Below, in pieces: positions 17,424 to 26,138 of a DNA stretch of 32,000 nucleotides. How positions within the stretch are numbered: position 1 is the first letter of the stretch; every line of letters starts with the position of its first letter. Below the pieces are notes generated by a model that saw only the letters and a list, made by a program, of their open reading frames with translations, made no database searches and was not told the origin of the DNA. Origin of the DNA: Cylindrospermopsis raciborskii Cr2010 (GTDB lineage: Bacteria; Cyanobacteriota; Cyanobacteriia; Cyanobacteriales; Nostocaceae); contig NZ_CP065936.1 in NCBI RefSeq assembly GCF_003367075.2, positions 1,320,001 to 1,352,000 of the forward strand, written 5' to 3'. The position numbers and the translations under genes are program-made.

Positions 17424-18157
17424 TATTTAATGAGGATTTAAATTTTCCTGAAAAAACCAATTCTAATAATTCTTTATCTTCCTACCCAATCGCATTTGGT
17501 ATTACCTTCACACCCATGGTAACTGGGTTAATAATCGGTGTCTTAGGATTACTAGGGTGTGGTTATATCATACTGAATATGCTCATACCAGAGTTTGAAA
17601 AACATAATCAACTGAAAACGAAAATTATCCAAATCGAACAAGAGCATGAGCAAAAAAATCAGCAAGCTCAACGAATTAATCTAATTCAGAAACGATTGGC
17701 CCTATCCCAGCAGCAAAAAAGTCAAGTTCTATCCTTAATGGGGGATGAGAAAAACCTGAATAATATACTTCTTAGTATGAACCAAATTATAGAATTTACT
17801 AATAGTCAGTCCTTGGGTAATCCCTATATCAAAGCCAAATTGAAAAAATTTACTCCCCTGGATGACAAACCACAAGTTGTTACTGATAACAGTCTGGGAG
17901 AATCACTAAAAAACCAACTAAAACGACAGATTATTAAAGTAGAAATCGAAGGCAATTTCTACCAAATTCAAACCATTATGGCAAGTCTAGAAAAATTGCC
18001 ACCTCTGTTATTAATTGACAAATATAAATGTCAACTCCTAGCTCCCACCATAGATACTCAACAAATAGTCAACACAGGTAAAATATTAACCTCCTTTGAA
18101 TTAGTCATACCCATCCCAGAAGTATCAGAAACAACTGCTAAAACTCCCCTACAATAG
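17420..18157 (+). CDS. pilO: Type IV pilus assembly protein PilO-like
   Basis: ATGA start/stop overlap with pilN. Single TM helix plus a Gln-rich coiled coil. The call rests on position and architecture. Confidence 0.6.
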   Translation: MIFNEDLNFPEKTNSNNSLSSYPIAFGITFTPMVTGLIIGVLGLLGCGYIILNMLIPEFEKHNQLKTKIIQIEQEHEQKNQQAQRINLIQKRLALSQQQKSQVLSLMGDEKNLNNILLSMNQIIEFTNSQSLGNPYIKAKLKKFTPLDDKPQVVTDNSLGESLKNQLKRQIIKVEIEGNFYQIQTIMASLEKLPPLLLIDKYKCQLLAPTIDTQQIVNTGKILTSFELVIPIPEVSETTAKTPLQ

Positions 18158-18187
18158 CAATTTTAGGTTATTGATCAAGGTTCAGGT

Positions 18188-18901
18188 TCAAACACCAACT
18201 TTTTCTTCCAGGATCTTAAAACTCTTTTTCGTAGCACCGCAAATAGGACAAGTCCAATTATCAGGAATTTCTGCAAAAGGAGTACCAGGTGCAATCCCCG
18301 AATCAGGATCACCACTAACCGGATCGTAAATCATACTGCATTGTCTACAAATCCATTTTTGAGTTTGGGGATCGGGTTTGACAATTCTAGTTACGGGTTC
18401 TCCTCCATTTAATACTTCTAAAGCTTCTGAATAGCGATCCGCATGATAATTTTCAATGAACTTTAGCAACCCAAACCGGTGACCAGCATCGCGAAAGATT
18501 TTGGCGTGCTCATTGGAATCCTCTGCTTGTTTTGTAAATTCTTCTACTGCTAAATTGTCCCTATCTCTTACAGCATCAGCAGCAAAATTGGGATACATAG
18601 TAGTATATTCGTATGTTTCTCCTTCAATTGCTAAGGACAAACAATTAGACATAATAGCTCTTTTTTGGTCATCGGTTAAACTAGCTGGATCTTTTACAAC
18701 TAGCTCTGGATGTAATAACTCAAAATGAGCGAAAGCATGTTCAGTTTCTTGCTCTGCTGTTTCTTTAAATAGTTTTGCTAAGTCATTAAAACCTAATTGA
18801 CGTGCTACTTTAGCAAAAAATAGATATTTACGATTTGCCATGGATTCACCACTGAAAGCAGTTTCCAGATTTTGCAGAGTTGTGGAATTTGACAAGTTCA
18901 T
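18188..18901 (-). CDS. Rubrerythrin: ferritin-like diiron domain plus C-terminal rubredoxin domain
   Basis: ExxH diiron motifs (EQETEHAFAHFE, EGETYE, EDSNEHA) and a C-terminal CRQC...CPIC rubredoxin knuckle pair. Confidence 0.88.
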   Translation of the reverse strand: MNLSNSTTLQNLETAFSGESMANRKYLFFAKVARQLGFNDLAKLFKETAEQETEHAFAHFELLHPELVVKDPASLTDDQKRAIMSNCLSLAIEGETYEYTTMYPNFAADAVRDRDNLAVEEFTKQAEDSNEHAKIFRDAGHRFGLLKFIENYHADRYSEALEVLNGGEPVTRIVKPDPQTQKWICRQCSMIYDPVSGDPDSGIAPGTPFAEIPDNWTCPICGATKKSFKILEEKVGV

Positions 18902-19024
18902 AATTTTGGGACCTGAAGATGGTTAATTGAATGATTTCATAAGGTCTATTATGGTTAGATCATACATGTTTTTCGTTAAAATAACAGATTATTTCTAAAC
19001 AGTTCTCTTTATTTAAAGAAACAT

Positions 19025-19078
19025 AAAAAATAGAGTGGGAGGAGACATTACCAAGCGTCATTCACTCCCACTCTATTT
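19025..19078 (-). terminator. Intrinsic terminator candidate on the minus strand: 14-bp perfect stem, 23-nt loop, U6 tract
   Basis: 19028-19041 AAATAGAGTGGGAG pairs perfectly with 19065-19078 CTCCCACTCTATTT. The plus-strand A6 at 25-30 gives U6 on the minus strand. No ORF lies immediately upstream on that strand. Confidence 0.5.
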
Positions 19079-19373
19079 AGTGCTGCTGAAGCGATTCGGG
19101 AATAAACTCATGACCCTGGTCGTTAATTAGGGGGGTAATAAAATTAAACGACTGGGGTTATTGAATGAGCATTCCTATTGCAGCAATCGGTCATTTTGTT
19201 TTGTTGTGAGACAAACCCAGCACAGTAGCTTTTGTTTCTCTAATTTAATTTAACTTGCTTCTGAATTGTTAGGTTGCCAAGTTGGCATTTTCTAAAAATC
19301 TTTTCTCTCTTGATAATGCGCCAAAAAATATGCCATAACAGAAATGACAATACTAGCAAGTGGGTGTCTATAC

Positions 19374-19835
19374 ATGAAAAATCCTCAAATCCATTTTAGC
19401 GATCGCCTGACAGAAATTGATATATATCAACTTCAACATTTATTTAATCATACTGCTTTTTGGGCTAAAGGGCGTAGTATAGAGGATTTGAGTACAGCTG
19501 TTGCTAATAGTAAACCGGTAATTTCTGTTTGGGACAGAGAAAAATTAATTGGTTTTGCTAGAGCGAATTCTGATGGTATATATCGCGCTACCATTTGGGA
19601 TGTGGTAATTCATCCAGATTATCAAGGAAGAGGTTTGGGAATGAGGTTAGTGAGGAGGATTTTATCCCACCCTCTAATGCAGGTAGAGCGTGTTTATTTA
19701 ATGACCACTCATCAACAAAAGTTTTATGAGAAAATTGGATTTCAACATAATAATAGTACCACCATGGTACTACATAATAATTCTAAATTAGGTTCTATTG
19801 AGCAAGAAGAACTTCAGGAATTGAAGTACTTGTGA
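19374..19835 (+). CDS. GNAT family N-acetyltransferase
   Basis: Acetyl-CoA binding motif QGRGLGMRLV. I prefer the start at MKNPQIHF (ATG 19374) over the ATG at 19344. Confidence 0.8.
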   Translation: MKNPQIHFSDRLTEIDIYQLQHLFNHTAFWAKGRSIEDLSTAVANSKPVISVWDREKLIGFARANSDGIYRATIWDVVIHPDYQGRGLGMRLVRRILSHPLMQVERVYLMTTHQQKFYEKIGFQHNNSTTMVLHNNSKLGSIEQEELQELKYL

Positions 19836-20763
19836 TTTGGGGTAGGGTAATTTGCAATCGGGTGAAATTTGTCGTCTCATTACTGATGGGAGGAGAATCA
19901 GGTTCAATAATTTCTAGTTTCCCTCCCATCATTTCCAGTAATCTTTGATTGATTAATAATTTCATTCCTGGTGACATATCTCTGATTTCTGAATCATGGT
20001 TATCAGTTATGCGTAAACAGGTCTCTAACCTTTCATGGGAAATTACTGTATTGCTAGGAAGATCCAGATAAATATCAAGATGATTATTTATATCAGTAGT
20101 AATATTGCCATCAGGGGATTTGATAAAAAGACAAATATATCCCGATTCCATTGTGCTAATTGTGTTATCTATCAAGCTTACAAGGATTTGCCGTAACCAG
20201 CGTTTATCTGCTAACACATAAATTTCCGATGGGGGTAAACAGATTTGCAAAGGGAAATTGCGATTAGCAGCTAACATATAAGTCAGTTCTTCCACCTCTT
20301 GAAAAACCTCCCTTATGCCCACGGATTCAATTACCAGATGATTAGTTCCATGTTCTATTCTCGCAATATTTAGCATTTGATCAATGATTTTTAAAAACTG
20401 TAGCGACCTTTCGTATGCTTGATTAATAAATTCTCTTTCTTCCTGGGGATTTTCACATAAGTCATGTAAAATTAATTGGTGAAGTCCGATTAATCCATTA
20501 ATAGGCGATCGCAATTCATGACTAATCCTGACCAAAAACCCCGCATGAAATTGGCTCATTTCCCTGGCCATTTCATAAGCCAATTCTGTTTGGTGTAGCT
20601 GCTGTAAAATTTGTGTTTGTGATCTTTCCCAATTGTTTTCATCCGGATTAGGTTGATATCCAGATGAATTTGCTGAGTTGGAAAATAATTTCATAGGTAG
20701 TTTATCAATGGCAATTCCTAGCAAAATTCCGATGGCTAAATATAAAAAGTTAGTAAAATTCAT
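19795..20763 (-). CDS. Membrane-anchored histidine-kinase-like protein with an intact H-box and a degenerate ATP-binding domain
   Basis: One N-terminal TM helix. The HisKA H-box is SHELRSPINGLIG and the N-box-like motif is LIDNTIS. G1 and G2 positions read ITDNHDSEI and SPGMKLL rather than DxGxG and GxGLGL. Confidence 0.75.
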   Translation of the reverse strand: MNFTNFLYLAIGILLGIAIDKLPMKLFSNSANSSGYQPNPDENNWERSQTQILQQLHQTELAYEMAREMSQFHAGFLVRISHELRSPINGLIGLHQLILHDLCENPQEEREFINQAYERSLQFLKIIDQMLNIARIEHGTNHLVIESVGIREVFQEVEELTYMLAANRNFPLQICLPPSEIYVLADKRWLRQILVSLIDNTISTMESGYICLFIKSPDGNITTDINNHLDIYLDLPSNTVISHERLETCLRITDNHDSEIRDMSPGMKLLINQRLLEMMGGKLEIIEPDSPPISNETTNFTRLQITLPQITSTSIPEVLLAQ

Positions 20764-20798
20764 GGGTTTTTCATAATAAAGATATTAGCCCAACAACC

Positions 20799-21371
20799 TT
20801 AACCAATTATAATACTACCTTGACGAAGAATTTGCCAATGATTTTCTGTCCATTTGGCTACGGTAGATGGAACTCCTAAACCTTTATATTCTATCAATTC
20901 TTCAGTGAGAACATCTGGAAATTCTCCAGCTATTTCAGCTTGTGTTTCCAAGGGGGGTTTTCCTGATAAATTAACACTCGTGGTTGCCATAGGTCCGGTT
21001 TGTGCCAAAATTGCCCGAGCTATAGGATGATTGGGAACCCTAATACCAATAGTGGTAGGATCTTGAGGATTCATTACCCTAGGAACTTTATCACTAGCTG
21101 GTAAAACTAGAGTCAATGCACCAGGCCAATATCTATTAACCACCTCTTGCCAAATTTCATATTCTTGATCACTACCTTTTACATATTCCCACAAACTTTC
21201 CGGTTCAGCTCCCATTAAAATTAAGGGTTTGTCTAAACTGCGCTGTTTAGCAATATATATTAATTCTGCTTTTGTGGGTATGGTAGCCATCCCAGGAACT
21301 GTATCTGTGGGGAAACTAATTATTTTCCCCTCCTTAGCACCACGAATTAGACGATCTAGAGAAATGTTCAT
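20799..21371 (-). CDS. tsaC: L-threonylcarbamoyladenylate synthase (TsaC/YrdC/Sua5 family)
   Basis: Motifs FPTDTVPG, KPLILM and SVNLSGKPP. I prefer the ATG at 21371 (MNISLDRL) over the TTG at 21401. Confidence 0.8.
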   Translation of the reverse strand: MNISLDRLIRGAKEGKIISFPTDTVPGMATIPTKAELIYIAKQRSLDKPLILMGAEPESLWEYVKGSDQEYEIWQEVVNRYWPGALTLVLPASDKVPRVMNPQDPTTIGIRVPNHPIARAILAQTGPMATTSVNLSGKPPLETQAEIAGEFPDVLTEELIEYKGLGVPSTVAKWTENHWQILRQGSIIIG

Positions 21372-21397
21372 ACAGTCTTTATTTAAACCACTCCTTA

Positions 21398-22246
21398 TCA
21401 ACCATCTATTAATTTAGCTTTAGCTTGTTGCCAAAGCGCCTCTAATTCCGCCAATTTATAATCACTAATCGGACGATCCATAACCTGTTCCATAGTTCTT
21501 AAACGTTGAACAAATCGTAAACTTGTTCCTGCCAAACCTCTAGCAGGATCAAGATTATACCATCTAGCTAGTTGAATAATTGCAAATAATAAATCTCCCA
21601 ATTCTGACTCTTGTCTTTCTGGTGTTTCCCCAGCTAAAGCTTGGTCAAACTCAGCTAATTCTTCGTGAAATTTATCCCAAACTTCCTTAATATCACTCCA
21701 TTCAAAACCAACCTCAGCAGCTTTTTGAGAAATTTTCATAGCAGCATTTAATGGTGGAAGACTACGACGATAGCGATTTAACTTATCACTGAGTTTTTGG
21801 GTTGCCATAGTTTGCCCTTTTTCTGCTGCTTTGATTTCATCCCAATTTTGGCGCACTTGCTCTACATTTTCCACTTTCACATCACCAAACACATGGGGAT
21901 GACGACGAATTAGTTTTTGGGCAATACCCTCAGCTACCTCTTTTACAGAAAAATCCCCCTTTTCGCTGGCTATCTGAGCTTGTAATATTACCTGTAATAG
22001 TAAATCTCCCAACTCCTCACATATAGCACTTTGTTCTCCTGTACTAATCGCGTCTACTACTTCGTATGCTTCTTCAATTATGTAGGGAGTTAAGCTGGTT
22101 TGGGTTTGTGCCAAATCCCATGGACATCCACCTTCAGGCGATCGCAATTTAGCAACCACATCTATTAACTCTTGTAAAGCCACTAAATGAGCGTTATCAG
22201 CTATGTTACTATTGATAAATTTATTCTGTGCTGTCATAATTAGCAT
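21398..22246 (-). CDS. mazG: Nucleoside triphosphate pyrophosphohydrolase MazG (tandem MazG domains)
   Basis: EEAYEV...ELGDLL in the first domain and EELAEF...ELGDLLF in the second, plus RRHPHVFG. Confidence 0.85.
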   Translation of the reverse strand: MLIMTAQNKFINSNIADNAHLVALQELIDVVAKLRSPEGGCPWDLAQTQTSLTPYIIEEAYEVVDAISTGEQSAICEELGDLLLQVILQAQIASEKGDFSVKEVAEGIAQKLIRRHPHVFGDVKVENVEQVRQNWDEIKAAEKGQTMATQKLSDKLNRYRRSLPPLNAAMKISQKAAEVGFEWSDIKEVWDKFHEELAEFDQALAGETPERQESELGDLLFAIIQLARWYNLDPARGLAGTSLRFVQRLRTMEQVMDRPISDYKLAELEALWQQAKAKLIDG

Positions 22247-22848
22247 TACTGTTTTTTATCAGCTTTAGGTTTAGAACTACGAGAACGACGACTGTGAATC
22301 TTACGTTTTCTAATTTTGCTACTGGGTAGTAAAGCATGAACACCTTGTTTTTGAAAACGTTTGTAGGTAGAACTTGTCCAATCACTGAGGTAATGACTCA
22401 TAGCACCAAGTTCACAACCTACAAACCAGGCAAAAAACTCTCTGGCGTATGTAGACATATTTTGTCTCACCCTTGCCCAAATGTCACCCCAGTTCACAGA
22501 TAAGTTAGAAAAACTGGCGAGTATTAATAAAATTAACCCAGTAGTAGCAGCTATAAATACCATTAAATAAACTACCCGAAGAGTAGTACCAATAATTGGG
22601 CCGTGGGACAAAAAAGAGCGGTGACGCAAACTTTGTTGATAGGGTAACCAAATCCAACGGAACCAACCCCAGCGCTGGAACTGACGAGAATAAATATCCA
22701 AGTCAGGGCCAAACATCAAACCGCCAAACATAAACCCCCCCAGCACCACCAAAGTCATATTACCGCTACCAGTAGCAACTAAAGTTACACTGGCAACTAG
22801 GGGAATAGACCAGATAGTAATGCGGTCATGTGTTTGTCCAGAAGGCAT
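22246..22848 (-). CDS. Membrane protein, putative metal-binding (DUF2227-like), with a basic C-terminal tail
   Basis: The N-terminus is MPSGQTHD, followed by several hydrophobic helices and a Lys/Arg-rich tail. Its stop shares 1 nt with the mazG start (TAATG). The family name is from memory. Confidence 0.5.
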   Translation of the reverse strand: MPSGQTHDRITIWSIPLVASVTLVATGSGNMTLVVLGGFMFGGLMFGPDLDIYSRQFQRWGWFRWIWLPYQQSLRHRSFLSHGPIIGTTLRVVYLMVFIAATTGLILLILASFSNLSVNWGDIWARVRQNMSTYAREFFAWFVGCELGAMSHYLSDWTSSTYKRFQKQGVHALLPSSKIRKRKIHSRRSRSSKPKADKKQ

Positions 22849-22962
22849 TGGAGAAAACTAACACCTCAAAATTCAAAACTTAACAACTAATACCTGCCCA
22901 GTATAGCCAATAACCTGCCATTAGGAAAGTCCCAAAATCAAAAAAAATTTTTTCTAAACCCC

Positions 22963-22992
22963 TTGCCAAATTCCAAAAGCTTGTGTTATATT
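22963..22992 (+). promoter_or_regulatory. Candidate sigma70-type promoter for tRNA-Val
   Basis: TTGCCA (22963-22968), a 17-nt spacer, then TTATAT (22986-22991). This lies about 20 bp upstream of the tRNA 5' end. Motif match only. Confidence 0.35.
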
Positions 22993-23010
22993 AATAAGGT
23001 GAAAAAACAA

Positions 23011-23083
<73 letters not shown>

Positions 23084-23108
23084 TTTAAAACAACAACTAA
23101 CGTGTGCG

Positions 23109-23137
23109 AGAATGCCCAGTCAAAGACTGGGCATTCT
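23109..23137. terminator. 13-bp perfect hairpin (AGAATGCCCAGTC-AAA-GACTGGGCATTCT) between tRNA-Val and convergent cofG
   Basis: Read directly. It is followed on the plus strand by GTTGTG, a weak U-tract. Placement between convergent genes suits a terminator. Confidence 0.55.
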
Positions 23138-23150
23138 GTTGTGCTAATGA

Positions 23151-24086
23151 TTAAGAAAAAACCATTGCACCCAAAACAGAATGAGTTCTTTTATAAACAG
23201 GTAAGCGTGGTAGTAGGGTCCACCCACCAGATAGTAAAACTTCCCTAAGTCTATTTACTTCCCGATGGGGATAATCAGGATTAACTTCATCCCTGGGACC
23301 AATTCCTCCCAAATCCCTAGCTCCCGCATCCAAACAAGCCAATAACCAGTTTTCCTCGGGGACTAAATTGGGGGGAATTTGAATGGTGATATCCGATGGT
23401 AAAATCTCCCGCGCTTGAGCTATGACCCGGGGTAGCTGATAAGGATCAAAAGCAACTTCATCAAAGGTTTGTTCAGATCCCGGACTATGGGGTTGTAAAA
23501 TAACTTCTTGTATGTTTTGATACTTTAAATGTAAATCAGTAATAGCCATGAGGGTTTGTCGTCTATCATCTTCATTTTCACCTATTCCTAATAACAAACC
23601 AGTAGTAAAGGGAATTTGTAACTCTCCGGCCCATTGTAAATGTTGTAAACGTAACTCTGGAATTTTACTAGGTGCATGGCGGTGAACAGTATGTAATAAT
23701 TTAGGGGTTAACTGCTCCAACATTAACCCCATAGAAGCATTGACATTTTTAAGCCTTTGCATTTCTGAAAAACTGAGAATTCCAGCATTAGTATGGGGTA
23801 GAAACCCCATAGAAAGAGCTAGGACACATAGGTCATAAATCAGATCCAACCATTCCTGACGTCTAGATGATAAAGGGTGAACTTCACCACTGAGAATTAG
23901 GATTTCACAAATACCTTGACCTTTCAGGGAGAATAAAATTTTCTCTGCTTGCTCTAAGGTCATCCAAGGATGGGAACCTATATCAGAGCGAAAGTTACAA
24001 TAGGTGCACTTATTAAAACACTCATAGGTGGGAACAAGAGTGTATGCGGGGCTATAAGTGACTATCTGGTTGGGGAGTGGTAACAT
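23151..24086 (-). CDS. cofG: 7,8-didemethyl-8-hydroxy-5-deazariboflavin (FO) synthase subunit CofG (radical SAM)
   Basis: 311 aa with radical SAM motif CFNKCTYCNF near the N-terminus. The size and the sequence TYSPAYTLVPTYEC fit CofG rather than the longer CofH. Confidence 0.8.
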   Translation of the reverse strand: MLPLPNQIVTYSPAYTLVPTYECFNKCTYCNFRSDIGSHPWMTLEQAEKILFSLKGQGICEILILSGEVHPLSSRRQEWLDLIYDLCVLALSMGFLPHTNAGILSFSEMQRLKNVNASMGLMLEQLTPKLLHTVHRHAPSKIPELRLQHLQWAGELQIPFTTGLLLGIGENEDDRRQTLMAITDLHLKYQNIQEVILQPHSPGSEQTFDEVAFDPYQLPRVIAQAREILPSDITIQIPPNLVPEENWLLACLDAGARDLGGIGPRDEVNPDYPHREVNRLREVLLSGGWTLLPRLPVYKRTHSVLGAMVFS

Positions 24087-24320
24087 TATGAAAAATCACC
24101 AGAAAATGTTTACAAAAGTATAAAGTCCGTAGTACTTAATATATATGGGTTTTTAGGTCTGGATATAAAAATATGAATAAATTTTAGTAGAGTATCTTTT
24201 TGACACTCCCCTGAACCTTTGAATAAGCGTCTTTTCCAAAGCCATAAGATTGGGTAAACCTCCCCATATAAAAAGGGGGATTTTTACCCTAGAAAGAATT
24301 ATCCTTATGGAAAGAAAATT

Positions 24321-24746
24321 ATGAGTGTAGGATTGGATTTGATCCCAAATACCATGATAGAATACTTATATTATCTAGGCAATGCCAGTCTCACCTTAAG
24401 AGTTGTTCAGCACCTCTACAATCGCCCACAAATGCCAGTTTCCTTTATCACCGTAATTCATCAAATTAATGGTTGGGTAATCAGGATTAAATTAAAAGAG
24501 GCAATTTCTACTCAAGAAGACGGTGATTTTCGAGCTTTTTGTAATGAGCTAGGGATTAGCTATGAACCGCCTATGAGATTACAAATGGCATTTTGGAGTT
24601 TAGAAGCAGGACAAAGTCCCATAGAAGTAATGCAACGCTACCAAATAGCCATTGTCTCCCATGGTGGTTCAGAAAAAGAGGAAATTGAGGCGTTTAGACA
24701 ACAGTTTGTTAGAGGTTTAGGCTATTGTCCAGAAACCTTAGCTTAA
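24321..24746 (+). CDS. Hypothetical protein, no recognised domain
   Basis: 141-aa ORF, 59 bp upstream of cynS on the same strand. The real start may be the internal MIEYLYY. I recognise no motifs. Confidence 0.45.
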   Translation: MSVGLDLIPNTMIEYLYYLGNASLTLRVVQHLYNRPQMPVSFITVIHQINGWVIRIKLKEAISTQEDGDFRAFCNELGISYEPPMRLQMAFWSLEAGQSPIEVMQRYQIAIVSHGGSEKEEIEAFRQQFVRGLGYCPETLA

Positions 24747-24805
24747 AATGGAGGGAGCATCAATTGTAGGTTATCCTGATGTAAGCACTACAAACCAAGA
24801 GAATT

Positions 24806-25252
24806 ATGACAGTTGAATTGCCATCTTTCACAGCAAAACTACTAGCAGCTAAAAAAGCCAAGGGGTTGAGCTTTGCGGATCTAGAAAGGTTAATAGGAAG
24901 AGATGAGGTTTGGATTGCCTCTTTGTTTTATGGTCAAAACAGCACCAGTGTAGAAGAAGCAACCAAAATCGCCGATATTTTAGGTCTAGGTCAGGATATA
25001 GTCGCTGCTTTAACCTCTTTTCCTAGTAAAGGTTTAGGTCCTGTGGTTCCAACGGATCCTTTAATTTATCGCTTCTATGAAATTATTCAAGTCTATGGTT
25101 ATCCTATAAAAGAAATAATTCATGAGAAGTTTGGTGATGGTATTATGAGCGCCATTGACTTTACCCTTGACATCGAGAAGGTAGAAGATGAGAAAGGTGA
25201 CCGGGTAAAAGTGACCATGAATGGCAAATTCTTACCCTATAAAAAATGGTAG
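24806..25252 (+). CDS. cynS: Cyanase (cyanate hydratase)
   Basis: 148 aa. [28 protein letters not shown] and the C-terminal ..KFLPYKKW are characteristic of CynS. Confidence 0.9.
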   Translation: MTVELPSFTAKLLAAKKAKGLSFADLERLIGRDEVWIASLFYGQNSTSVEEATKIADILGLGQDIVAALTSFPSKGLGPVVPTDPLIYRFYEIIQVYGYPIKEIIHEKFGDGIMSAIDFTLDIEKVEDEKGDRVKVTMNGKFLPYKKW

Positions 25253-25259
25253 TAAATTT

Positions 25260-26114
25260 ATGAACTGGAATAGGTTTTTGCCAATTTACCGTTTATGGCA
25301 ACGTCGCTGGGTCTACCCTGTAATTTCATCCATTGTTGCTCTAAGTCTGTGTTTGAGTACGTCCCTGCCCAGTCGCGCCATAGATTTATTACCTCTCTTA
25401 CTTCAGGGTGCACAAATACTACAACTATCTAATTTATCCACTAATCAAGAAGTGGAACTGGGAAGACAGATGAATGACCAGGTAGGTCAAGAAGTACGAA
25501 TTTCCCGTAATCAGCAACTAACTAACTATGTGTCTCAACTGGGTAGAAGGTTGGTACTTAATGCTAACCGCCCCAATATTCCCTATACCTTTCAAGTTGT
25601 GGAAGATGAACAAATTAATGCTTTTGCTACTTTAGGTGGTTTTGTTTATATTCATACTGGATTATTAAAAGCTGCTGATAATGAAGCCGAGTTAGCCAGT
25701 GTGATTGGACACGAAATGGGTCATATTGAGGGCAAACATTTAATCGAGCAAATGAAACAAAGGGCTATTGCTAGTGGTGTAGCTAGTATAACTGGTTTGG
25801 ATCGTAGTCAAGCTGTAGCTATTGGCGTAGATCTAGCCTTAAATCGTCCTAGAAGTCGCAAGGATGAGTTTGATGCTGACGCTAGGGGATTAAGAATTTT
25901 AACACGGAGTGGCTACTCACCCACAGCAGCAGTTTCTTTCATGAGAAAACTTCAGTCACAGGGTTCCATACCAACTTTTTTGAGTACCCACCCTGCAACC
26001 GGGGACAGAATTAATCGGTTACAACAACAAATCAATCAATTTCCACAAATCAATTCTAATGGTGGATTAGACAGTGCTAGTTACAAAAGCAATCTGCAAG
26101 TACTATTCCGATAG
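25260..26114 (+). CDS. M48 family zinc metallopeptidase with signal/anchor
   Basis: HEMGHIEGKH (HExxH) is preceded by INAFATLGGFVYIHTGLL. The ATG at 25260 lies 8 nt after the cynS stop. The track start at 25221 overlaps cynS. Confidence 0.8.
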   Translation: MNWNRFLPIYRLWQRRWVYPVISSIVALSLCLSTSLPSRAIDLLPLLLQGAQILQLSNLSTNQEVELGRQMNDQVGQEVRISRNQQLTNYVSQLGRRLVLNANRPNIPYTFQVVEDEQINAFATLGGFVYIHTGLLKAADNEAELASVIGHEMGHIEGKHLIEQMKQRAIASGVASITGLDRSQAVAIGVDLALNRPRSRKDEFDADARGLRILTRSGYSPTAAVSFMRKLQSQGSIPTFLSTHPATGDRINRLQQQINQFPQINSNGGLDSASYKSNLQVLFR

Positions 26115-26138
26115 CTTTGTGGAGGGGAGCCAGAACGC

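Noticed and set aside
18979-18994. AT-rich inverted repeat AAATAA-CAGA-TTATTT about 80-90 bp upstream of rubrerythrin, considered as a Fur/PerR-type operator
   Set aside because: A 6-bp AT-only palindrome in an AT-rich intergenic region is expected by chance. It does not match the 19-bp Fur box consensus well enough to call.
19081-19330. 11-12-codon ORFs on the minus strand of the rubrerythrin/GNAT gap (for example MTDCCNRNAHSI and MPTWQPNNSEAS)
   Set aside because: They have no ribosome-binding sites or recognisable peptide families and are too short to distinguish from chance. The region is treated as a possible non-coding RNA instead.
24129-24169. NtcA-like site GTAGTACTTAATAT (GTA-N8-TAT) with TATAAA 21 nt downstream, ahead of the unknown ORF and cynS
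   Set aside because: The second half-site is TAT rather than the required TAC. The site is in very AT-rich DNA about 150 bp from the first start codon. It is plausible given known NtcA control of cyanase but too weak to report as a feature.
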